Positions 18,011 to 25,966 of a stretch of DNA of 64,000 bases are shown in pieces. A program made the position numbers and the translations under genes. The notes under the pieces were generated by a model. It was not told the DNA's origin. It did no database searches and saw only the letters and a list, made by a program, of their open reading frames with translations. How positions within the stretch are numbered: the stretch's first letter is position 1; each line of letters begins with the position of its first letter. This stretch comes from Candidatus Caccopulliclostridium gallistercoris (GTDB lineage: Bacteria > Bacillota > Clostridia > Christensenellales > UBA1242): the NCBI GenBank assembly GCA_018713725.1, contig DVOJ01000007.1, positions 2,486 through 66,485 of the forward strand. Reading direction: 5' to 3'.

Positions 18011-18703
18011 ATGGTTTTTGAGAATTTTATGCTCTTTATGAATAAGATAATGCTCTTTTCTTCCTATGTTAACAATGCGTCGGGCTTTCCTAAGCCGCTT
18101 ACTCCGGAAGAAGAGAAAATGTACTTTGAAAAGTTTAAAAATGGAGATAATAAAGCAAAAGAAATTCTTATAAATCATAATTTAAGGCTAGTTGCGCACA
18201 TTGTGAAAAAATATTCCGGCGCGGGCGAGGCAGACGATTTAATTTCCGTGGGTTCAATAGGTTTAATAAAAGCCATAAATAACTTTGAATACGGCAAGGG
18301 CACTCAGCTTTCCACTTATGCCGCTCGTTGCATAGAAAATGAAATTTTAATGCTAATTAGAATGAATAAAAAGCATAAAAAAGTGCTTTCCATTCAAGAG
18401 AGTTTAGGGCGAGATAAAGACGGCAACGAAATAGAACTTCTAGACGTATTACCGGGCTTAGACGACGAAGTTTACAACATTGTTGAAAACAATATTTTAA
18501 CAGAAAAAATAAACAAAATAATAAAGGAAAAGCTCCCTGAACGTGAAGCGGAAATTATAAGGCTCAGATACGGCCTTGGTGGCAAGCCGGCGTTAACGCA
18601 AAGAGAAGTTGCAGTAAAATTAAATATTTCTAGGTCTTATATTTCAAGGCTAGAAACTAAGGCAATAGCTGTTATAAAAGAAGAACTTGAAGCTGAGCGA
18701 TAA
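18011..18703 (+). CDS. sigK: RNA polymerase sporulation sigma factor, pro-sigma-K type
   Basis: 230 aa with a GGGAGG SD. A hydrophobic pro-sequence precedes SYVNNASGFPKPLTPEEE. The motifs HNLRLVAHIVKKY, DLISVGSIGLIKA, TYAARCIENEILM and ISRSYISRLE resemble B. subtilis SigK. The gene is uninterrupted. Confidence 0.8.
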   Translation: MVFENFMLFMNKIMLFSSYVNNASGFPKPLTPEEEKMYFEKFKNGDNKAKEILINHNLRLVAHIVKKYSGAGEADDLISVGSIGLIKAINNFEYGKGTQLSTYAARCIENEILMLIRMNKKHKKVLSIQESLGRDKDGNEIELLDVLPGLDDEVYNIVENNILTEKINKIIKEKLPEREAEIIRLRYGLGGKPALTQREVAVKLNISRSYISRLETKAIAVIKEELEAER

Positions 18704-18848
18704 AAATAAATTAAAAATTTAAAAAATATAATAAAAACAAAAAATTTTTTATAAAATTTTTAAAAAGTAATTGAATTTTATTTTATTTTAATATATATTA
18801 AATATATGTAAGTAAATTTCTGCAAATTTTTAAAAGTGAGAATGGCCT

Positions 18849-20210
18849 ATGGAAAAAGAACAGTTCATTGGAATAGTTGAAGGCATACTTTTGCCTTTAT
18901 TTACGGGGTCTAAAATTGTGGGCGAAGAGGAGTCTACTGCGCGTGATTCCGAAGTTGCTCAGGGTGCTAGCGGAACTGTGCTTATTAAGCCATATAAGCA
19001 AGACGAATATCGTTTAATTGTAAAACGAAATCAACCTTTTAAAAGTAACGAAGTTTCAATTATTAAAAGTATAATGTCTGAACTTATAAAGGTATCAGAA
19101 TTTAATATAACGGAGCCAACGTATTTAAAAAGAATGCAAACAACGGCTATTGAAAAAGCCATTTGTAATTCACTTTCAGAAACGGCAAGCGAAACACTTT
19201 TAGGGCTAATAAACGCTCTTGGTCATTGGGTGGATAGAACGTATGAAGGCAGGCGCACGTCTTTTGGTATTGTGTTAAATGAAAGCACGTCTATTCAAAA
19301 CAAAATGGACAATCTAAAATATTCCAGCGTGCTTCAAAGCGATTTTTCAGCGCTTCTTTCAGACGGAAGGCTCAGCTGCCTTGAATTTGATAAAGACGGC
19401 TACATTATGGGGCATTTAATTATGGAACGTATTCGCTATGCTCCAACGCTCTGCCCGTATGATTTTATAAATTTTGCAAGGCTTTGTAATGAAAAGAGAA
19501 TTGGTATAGCGCTCCTTGAAAGTGGGGATATGCTTTTATTTAAAAATAGAGAACTTATGTTTGCAAGGCGTAGGGGCGTGTGGAACAGCTATTCGCACGA
19601 AGAAATTATTCAGCTTCTTTCAAACCGCTCTTCGCACACAATTAAAGAGATAAGGCGCGCCATATATTACACAGCGCTCGACGTATCCTTTTCAGGCTGC
19701 GGCGGCTGTATTGTGTATTTAAATAAAGATAAATCCGAGCAGGCGCTTTCACACATAAACGCTTACGATATTTTAAGCGAAAAGCACTACGAAATTAAAA
19801 GGGAAATGGAGAAGGAAGAAGCAGGAAAACTCTATAACCTAGATAACCCAGATTATGAAGAAGTAGTAAATAACGATTTTGGCGCCTTTATTCAAAGTTC
19901 AAACTGCGTAAAGTCGGCAACAATTTTAAAGATTATTGGCAACAAAAAGTTCCACGAACTTAATAGAAAACTCAGAGAAGAACTTGTAGCCATGGACGGC
20001 GCAACAATTGTAGACTACGACGGCACAATTATAGCCACAGGCGCTATAATTAAAATTGAAGCAGGCAGTAAAGCGGGCGGTAGACTTGCTGCAACAAAAA
20101 CGCTTGCACGCTATGGCGTGGCTATAAAAATATCACAAGACGGCATAATTCAGGGCTACACCTACGATAAAAAGGCGTTTAAGGCAAGGAACGTATTTTC
20201 AGTAGGTTGA
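18849..20210 (+). CDS. uncharacterised protein with a C-terminal DisA_N (diadenylate cyclase)-like segment
   Basis: 453 aa. The C-terminus MDGATIVDYDGTIIATGAIIKI...GGRLAAT...GVAIKISQDGII resembles the DAC pattern DGAvii..g.i.aAg...GtRHRAA...vivVSeetG. The RHR motif is replaced by GRL. The N-terminal two thirds are unassigned. Confidence 0.6.
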   Translation: MEKEQFIGIVEGILLPLFTGSKIVGEEESTARDSEVAQGASGTVLIKPYKQDEYRLIVKRNQPFKSNEVSIIKSIMSELIKVSEFNITEPTYLKRMQTTAIEKAICNSLSETASETLLGLINALGHWVDRTYEGRRTSFGIVLNESTSIQNKMDNLKYSSVLQSDFSALLSDGRLSCLEFDKDGYIMGHLIMERIRYAPTLCPYDFINFARLCNEKRIGIALLESGDMLLFKNRELMFARRRGVWNSYSHEEIIQLLSNRSSHTIKEIRRAIYYTALDVSFSGCGGCIVYLNKDKSEQALSHINAYDILSEKHYEIKREMEKEEAGKLYNLDNPDYEEVVNNDFGAFIQSSNCVKSATILKIIGNKKFHELNRKLREELVAMDGATIVDYDGTIIATGAIIKIEAGSKAGGRLAATKTLARYGVAIKISQDGIIQGYTYDKKAFKARNVFSVG

Positions 20211-20256
20211 TACTTGAAAAATTTTCACGGCTATGGTATAATAATAAAGGGGATAT

Positions 20257-20853
20257 ATGAAAGAAAAATTTGATATAAATAAAAATTTAAGAATGCTTAA
20301 ATATACGCTTGCAAAAGATGACCTTTACGAGTTTTTGGACGACGTAGATAGCAAGATGACTAAGAAAATCTATTCAATAATTAAGAGTCATGAAAGAAGC
20401 ATTGAAGACGAAGGCAAAGGCTATGATAAAATAGTAGATTTAATTGCAAAAATGTTTCAAGACGATTCAAATTCTAGCGTTTATGTTTTGGAAAGGACAA
20501 GGCTTGCCGAAGACGGAAAAATAAAAGTTGTACCAGTGTCATTTATCATATATTCCACAGGGCGTGAAGATAATAAAAACGCTCATATGGAACTTATTTA
20601 TACAGACAAAAGGTTTTTAAACGTTGGCTATGCAGAAATTTTAGTTGAAAATTCTTTTAAAGATTTAATTAAAGCAGGCTATACAAGTGTAAACTCCGTA
20701 GTAGCAGAAGATAACACGCCGTCATTAAATTTTAATCAAAAGGTTATAAAGAAAATAGCCGACGGCAAAGTATATAATAGAGAAAACGGCACATATGGTT
20801 TTGCTTTTGATATAACAAAGTTAAAAAAGAAAGAACAAGAAAGGGCAGATTAA
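20257..20853 (+). CDS. hypothetical protein, possibly a divergent GNAT-fold acetyltransferase
   Basis: 198 aa with an AAAGGGGA SD. The segment ELIYTDKRFLNVGYAEILVENSFKDLIKAGYTSV resembles a GNAT motif A region. Confidence 0.45.
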   Translation: MKEKFDINKNLRMLKYTLAKDDLYEFLDDVDSKMTKKIYSIIKSHERSIEDEGKGYDKIVDLIAKMFQDDSNSSVYVLERTRLAEDGKIKVVPVSFIIYSTGREDNKNAHMELIYTDKRFLNVGYAEILVENSFKDLIKAGYTSVNSVVAEDNTPSLNFNQKVIKKIADGKVYNRENGTYGFAFDITKLKKKEQERAD

Positions 20854-20869
20854 AATTGGAAGAATTTAA

Positions 20870-20896
20870 ACAAGAGCTAAACGCTCTTGTTTTTTA
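20870..20896 (+). terminator. intrinsic terminator
   Basis: acaagagc-taaac-gctcttgt followed by ttttt. Confidence 0.65.
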
Positions 20897-20927
20897 TATT
20901 TTATAAATTTAAAGCATATAGTATTCT

Positions 20928-21752
20928 ATGCGAAAGCTTTTTAAACTGCACCCGCTATTTTTAGTAACCGGACTTGTGTTTATTATTTTAGGTCAAGCTC
21001 TGGTATTTTTTGTGTACTTTATTGTTGTTGTTTTGCACGAGTTTGCACATGGATTTGTTGCGGAAAAGCTAGGCTACAATTTAAACAAAATTTATCTGCT
21101 TCCTTTTGGTGCAATGCTTGATATAAATCAAAATTTTATATCTCGTGAAGACGAAATAAAGGTGGCTATTGCCGGGCCAGCGTTCAACTTTATATTAGCT
21201 TTTCTATGTTTAGGACTTTGGTGGATTTTCCCAGAAACCTACGCATATACTAGTTTTTTTGTTTTCTGTAATATAATCACCGGGCTTGTAAATTTACTGC
21301 CTTGCTATCCCTTAGATGGTGGCAGAATATTAGTTTCAAGTCTTTCGCAAAAATTAAGTAGAACAAAAGCCCTTAAAATTTCATATATTTTTAATTATAT
21401 TTTTTCAATTATTTTTATAATATTATTTTTTATTAATTTAAAGGTAGAAGTAAATATTTCCTATGCATTAATGGCGATTTTTATATTTTTTGGCACAATT
21501 AATAATAAATTTTCAGGTAATTATTCTATGATTAATTTAAATAAAAATAAGAGCGTTTACGACGTAAAAAACCTTTTTGTTAAAGGAGATACGCCGCTAT
21601 ATAAAATATTTAAGCATTTTAATTCAAAAAAATTTAATATAATTTACGTACAATTAAATAACGGGCAAATTAAAATGATAACGGAAAACTTAGTGCAAAA
21701 ATATTTAGAAAAATATTCTTTTAACACAAAAATAGAAGAAATTTTGAATTAA
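20928..21752 (+). CDS. M50 site-2 metalloprotease, SpoIVFB-like
   Basis: 274 aa. HEFAH zinc motif in a TM helix and NLLPCYPLDGGRI (NxxPxxxLDG) motif. It lies 2.2 kb downstream of sigK. The C-terminal third is Asn/Lys/Ile-rich and I could not recognise a CBS domain. Confidence 0.7.
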   Translation: MRKLFKLHPLFLVTGLVFIILGQALVFFVYFIVVVLHEFAHGFVAEKLGYNLNKIYLLPFGAMLDINQNFISREDEIKVAIAGPAFNFILAFLCLGLWWIFPETYAYTSFFVFCNIITGLVNLLPCYPLDGGRILVSSLSQKLSRTKALKISYIFNYIFSIIFIILFFINLKVEVNISYALMAIFIFFGTINNKFSGNYSMINLNKNKSVYDVKNLFVKGDTPLYKIFKHFNSKKFNIIYVQLNNGQIKMITENLVQKYLEKYSFNTKIEEILN

Positions 21753-21779
21753 TTTTATTAAAATTAAAATAATAAAATT

Positions 21780-22292
21780 ATGAAACAAACGCTAAAATAT
21801 ATCTATGAAAGACTACTTGAAAACATGAAGTTTGCAGAAGGCAAGCACGCTGTAACCATAGCGCTTGCCAGTGCTGTAATTGTGTTTGCGTTAAATTTTT
21901 TAAGTTTGACTGCGCCTTTTGTGGCAACCTTGTCTGCTGGCTGTATTGTGTTTAGTTTAATTTCTGTACTATATGGGTTTATAGCGCTGTCAGCAAGGAA
22001 GGTTAAAATAGGCGAAGCTAAAATTAAAGAAGATGTTAAATATAACTTAATGTACTATAAAGATATTATTTTATTTGACGTTGAAACTTATGTTACAAAA
22101 GTAAAACAAGAGTACAATATGCCAAAGGCGTATAAACCAGATAATATGGACAAAGATTTGGCGCGCCAAATAATTTCCGTGGCTAAGGTTACAAGCTTAA
22201 AATTTTCTTATTTTAACTTGTCGCTCTTGTTTTTATTTTTAAGCCTAACATGCGCAGTGGCTACAATTCTGTTGCTAGGGCTAGCACTATGA
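21780..22292 (+). CDS. 3-TM membrane protein resembling 2TM abortive-infection effector modules (Pycsar PycTM/DUF5706- or SLATT-like)
   Basis: 170 aa. An N-terminal helix (YERLLENMKFAEGKHA) is followed by two adjacent TM helices, a soluble stretch of about 70 aa and a C-terminal TM helix. The family assignment is from memory only. Confidence 0.5.
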   Translation: MKQTLKYIYERLLENMKFAEGKHAVTIALASAVIVFALNFLSLTAPFVATLSAGCIVFSLISVLYGFIALSARKVKIGEAKIKEDVKYNLMYYKDIILFDVETYVTKVKQEYNMPKAYKPDNMDKDLARQIISVAKVTSLKFSYFNLSLLFLFLSLTCAVATILLLGLAL

Positions 22293-22633
22293 AAGAAGAG
22301 TTTTTTTTGTGGCTTAGTGGCATAGAAGAAGACGATCCGCTCCCATACGAAATTGGGTACGTTTATTTTTGTGTGCATAGGTCGAATGGCGGAGCGTATT
22401 TTGCATACTACGCCAGCGAAAATGAACAGAGCCTAGCTTTAAACTTCGACTATTTTCCATTAGACGGGCAATACTTTTATCACGAAGACATAGAAGGCGG
22501 AAGTCCGTTTTATAAGCTTAGAAGTTTAGTGGAAGATTTTTTAAATAGCGAAGAGTCTGCATTTTTAAAGAACAAAAAAATTTATATAGCGGAGTTTGGC
22601 AAGCCAGCTTTGTTTGATTTTTACTCTGGTTAA
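22289..22633 (+). CDS. small acidic cytoplasmic protein, translationally coupled to the upstream TM protein
   Basis: 114 aa counted from the ATG at 22289. ATGA start/stop overlap with the preceding gene (stop 22290-22292). The ORF-track start at 22250 lies inside the upstream gene. Confidence 0.55.
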   Translation: MKEEFFLWLSGIEEDDPLPYEIGYVYFCVHRSNGGAYFAYYASENEQSLALNFDYFPLDGQYFYHEDIEGGSPFYKLRSLVEDFLNSEESAFLKNKKIYIAEFGKPALFDFYSG

Positions 22634-22651
22634 AAAAAGAGCTAAAAACGT

Positions 22652-22680
22652 TTGCAAAATCTTATTTTAAACTTTATAAT
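22652..22680 (+). promoter_or_regulatory. consensus-like promoter (TTGCAA-17-TATAAT) placed for a leaderless transcript
   Basis: TTGCAA at 22652-22657 and TATAAT at 22675-22680. The ATG at 22688 is 7 nt downstream of the -10 box and has no SD. Confidence 0.5.
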
Positions 22681-22687
22681 AACTTAT

Positions 22688-24880
22688 ATGGAAATACTAA
22701 GGAATATATCTCAGATAAACGAAAAATTAATAGACCTTTTTGGTTTTAAGGAAGAAGACCTTGAAAACTTTTTAAATGAGATAATGGACGATGAATTAAT
22801 TAAGAAAACGGTGGAAAACGTAGGGAATATAAGCGAGAAAAAAGCCGAGCTTAATTCGCTTCGCGAGCTTATATTTCAACTTCAAGACTATTTAACTCCG
22901 CTAGCAAACTTAATTAAAATGCTTTTATACTCTAAAAATTACGATTTAATTTACGACCTTATTACAAAAATTTTCGTAGGGCAAATAGGAAGCATTCGCT
23001 ATCAAAGTAAGTCCTCTACCAACTTTACCGAGCGCTATTTTGATAGATTTATAGAAATAGTAAAGAATTGTAAAATTCCAAGCGAAGCATACATTCCATT
23101 CATAGCAAGCATTTTTAAAACGGAACAGCTAGACGGCATAGCGCTTTGGAAAAGGCCGGCACTTGAATATTTACAAAATTTTTATAACGAAAATGAAGAT
23201 TGGCTCTTAAAATTTGTAAATTCTAACCCGGAGCAGAAGTACGGAATACTAGAAGCCATAGTGCAGTTTAACACCATGAAGGGTGTGGCGCTACTAATAG
23301 ATAACTTTACAAACGAGCAGTTAGAAGAAGAGCTTGAACATAGCCTTCAAATTATAAAGGAACACAAGCGCGACATTTTAAACTATATGGATAGGGAAAT
23401 GGTGAGCGCAGACGAAGATAAACTTGCTAAGTTTACGCAAATTATGCTTGCCATGGATAACGACCCCGAAGTAGTTTCTAGGCTAAAAGATTTATACGAT
23501 AGAACGGAATCTGAAAAGGTTCGAGAGCTTATTTCAAACAAGTGGGGCATATCTGAAACTATGAACATAAAAACTGAAAAACAGTTTTTAAACGCCGTTC
23601 GAAGAAAAATTAAGGAGCCGCAAGAGCGTTCGCTTGGCGTTCCATTTGATTCTTTACACGTAAAACTAAAAAGCGGCTATCCAGCGGACAACGCCGTTTA
23701 TACCTTTATAATCTATTTATTTAAAGAAGAGAAAAATTTAAAGAATTTAAACAAGCTTAAAATTTTAAAAACCAACATATTAGACGAAGATTCCGTGCAT
23801 GAATTTGCCTATAAAATGTTTAAGGTGCTATCTTCTAAGCCAGATATAAACCAAGCAAAGTGGTGTATAAGAATGTTCTGCCTTTTCGCCGATAGCGAAC
23901 TTTTAAAAGAAATTTACGAGTTTTTAATAGATTTATTTAAAGAAGGCAGAAACAAAGAAGGAAGATATTTAGCTTTGTGTTTAATAAATTGCGGCTATAA
24001 GGATATTGTAAACGTATTTAGAAGATTGCTAACTATTCAAAATGAATACATAAAGGAAAATATAGATTTTTTCATAGATGAACTTTCTCGTGCCACAAGC
24101 ACAGATAAAAACGAGCTTTTAGATATGTTAGTGCCGGACGTATTCACGGAAGAAGAATACGAAAAGCAAAAGTTAAGGCTTTACGACGCCTTTATAAGCG
24201 GTAGATTATATACAAAGGACGAGTTTAAACATCTATTTTTAGACAATCCAATTTACAAAGAGCTTGGTAAAAGTTTAGTTTTTGGAGAATATAAGTTTGG
24301 AAGGCTTCATAACGCCTTTGTAATAGAGAATGACGACATTAAATTCTTAATAGGTCAACCGCTTCCAGAACAAGAAGTGGAGGGCATAGACGGCAAAGTA
24401 GGAATTGGCATTATTCATTCACTAGACTGCGATTTTAGGTATGAAAAGATATTCAATTACTACGAAAATCCGCCTTTTACGCAGTTTAAGACCATAAACT
24501 TCGACGTAACGGACATAAATAGGTCCAACATATCGGTAAATAGGTTTATAGGAACTTTTGTAGACGCTAAAAAGTTCTTTGAAATGATGAAGAGATACGG
24601 TTTTAAAATAAACAAGACGGAAGAAGAGATAGAGTTCACGTCTATGGTGCATGAAATGCCAACGTTAAACCTTTTAACAGAAGTAGAGTTTGAAAGCAAA
24701 CAAACGGAGAACTCTCTCACGTGCACAATAGGTGCAATAAGGTTTTATAACTTAGATTCCACCATGAAGGCAAAAGATAAGTTTATAACGCAAAAATCCA
24801 ATGCTTTAAGCATCTCTGCCATACCGTACCGTTTCTACGATTTTGTTTTAAGCGCCGTATATTATTCGAGTATAAAATAG
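22688..24880 (+). CDS. large helical-repeat protein with a C-terminal DUF4132-like domain
   Basis: 730 aa counted from the ATG at 22688. The C-terminal segment GIGIIHSLDCDFRYEKIFNYYENPPFTQFKTINFDV matches the remembered DUF4132 pattern (HP..l...W......QPF.QL.R). Confidence 0.6.
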   Translation: MEILRNISQINEKLIDLFGFKEEDLENFLNEIMDDELIKKTVENVGNISEKKAELNSLRELIFQLQDYLTPLANLIKMLLYSKNYDLIYDLITKIFVGQIGSIRYQSKSSTNFTERYFDRFIEIVKNCKIPSEAYIPFIASIFKTEQLDGIALWKRPALEYLQNFYNENEDWLLKFVNSNPEQKYGILEAIVQFNTMKGVALLIDNFTNEQLEEELEHSLQIIKEHKRDILNYMDREMVSADEDKLAKFTQIMLAMDNDPEVVSRLKDLYDRTESEKVRELISNKWGISETMNIKTEKQFLNAVRRKIKEPQERSLGVPFDSLHVKLKSGYPADNAVYTFIIYLFKEEKNLKNLNKLKILKTNILDEDSVHEFAYKMFKVLSSKPDINQAKWCIRMFCLFADSELLKEIYEFLIDLFKEGRNKEGRYLALCLINCGYKDIVNVFRRLLTIQNEYIKENIDFFIDELSRATSTDKNELLDMLVPDVFTEEEYEKQKLRLYDAFISGRLYTKDEFKHLFLDNPIYKELGKSLVFGEYKFGRLHNAFVIENDDIKFLIGQPLPEQEVEGIDGKVGIGIIHSLDCDFRYEKIFNYYENPPFTQFKTINFDVTDINRSNISVNRFIGTFVDAKKFFEMMKRYGFKINKTEEEIEFTSMVHEMPTLNLLTEVEFESKQTENSLTCTIGAIRFYNLDSTMKAKDKFITQKSNALSISAIPYRFYDFVLSAVYYSSIK

Positions 24881-24931
24881 TTTAAATGTAGCAATTCGTC
24901 TAGCAGTGCGATTCTCGACGACATGCGTGTG

Positions 24932-24960
24932 TGACCATGCAAATTAACTTTGCATGGTCA
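24932..24960 (+). terminator. 12-bp perfect hairpin after the DUF4132 gene (weak T tract)
   Basis: tgaccatgcaaa-ttaac-tttgcatggtca followed by ttct. Confidence 0.4.
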
Positions 24961-25107
24961 TTCTAACAATAAATAATTTTTTAAATACTTAAATTGTATA
25001 TTTTAGTTATTTTGTAACAAACATAATTATAGTAAAAAATTTTAATATTGTTGATAAAATGGTTGACATTAATTCCATTGATTAAGATAATTAAAGGTGA
25101 GGGAAAT

Positions 25108-25932
25108 ATGAATAAAAGATTTAGATTAATAACTTCAATTTCATTGTGTTGTTTGTGTATTGCAATGTTATCTTTTGCTGTATATGCAGCTGCAAGTTTA
25201 ATATCGTTTAACATTAGTGCAAGCATGTCGTTTAATCCTAATAACTGCTATGTTGAAATAACTGGAACTATAAGCGGCGAAGGTATAACAAACGCTTCAA
25301 CATATAGTTATACAACTGATGGAACAGACTCTTATCCTGAATGGGATATTGGAAATTTAAATTTAATAAATAGCATAACTATACAGTTAACCTTTAAAAA
25401 TTATTCTACCTATCCAGTGGAAATTGGAATTTCAGGCGTTGAATCTGGTTCAAATTATACAGGAACAATAGCTAATAATAACATTACCTTACAAACCTAT
25501 GTTTTAGATCAAACTCCGGATTCAGACACTATAACAATAACATATAAACTTGCAGACCAATCTGCTCCGGTTAACATATCAAATATTAATATTACTACAA
25601 ATATAGAAAAAGTGGTACAAACATTTACTTATACTTACTCACTTAATGATTTAGGTATTTTAGATAGTGTTGCTTTATATGACGACGGGGTTGAAGTAGA
25701 CATAACAGGAACAACTGGAAGTTTTCAAGTAGAAGACGGTTCCGTGCTAACATTGGTTGAAAGAAGTACAACTAAAAATAATGTAAGTTTATATGACATA
25801 CAGTTTGCTCCGGGTATAGGTAGTTTAAATTTTTATGTTCGTAATACTCAAGATGAATCAGTTCTTTTTGCTTATTTTGAAGCCGATTTTGTAAATATTG
25901 TATTAGGTAGTTACACAGTCAACGGAAAATAA
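25108..25932 (+). CDS. secreted/anchored hypothetical protein whose N-terminal domain is paralogous to that of the 13951 LRR protein
   Basis: 274 aa counted from the ATG at 25108 (GGTGAGGGA SD). Signal/anchor: LITSISLCCLCIAMLSFAVYAAAS. AT-rich. Confidence 0.65.
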   Translation: MNKRFRLITSISLCCLCIAMLSFAVYAAASLISFNISASMSFNPNNCYVEITGTISGEGITNASTYSYTTDGTDSYPEWDIGNLNLINSITIQLTFKNYSTYPVEIGISGVESGSNYTGTIANNNITLQTYVLDQTPDSDTITITYKLADQSAPVNISNINITTNIEKVVQTFTYTYSLNDLGILDSVALYDDGVEVDITGTTGSFQVEDGSVLTLVERSTTKNNVSLYDIQFAPGIGSLNFYVRNTQDESVLFAYFEADFVNIVLGSYTVNGK

Positions 25933-25964
25933 AAAATCTAGCTTTTGCTAGATTTTTTTGTTTT
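25931..25964. terminator. bidirectional terminator
   Basis: aaaaaatctagc-tttt-gctagatttttt. Confidence 0.7.
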
Positions 25965-25966
25965 AT

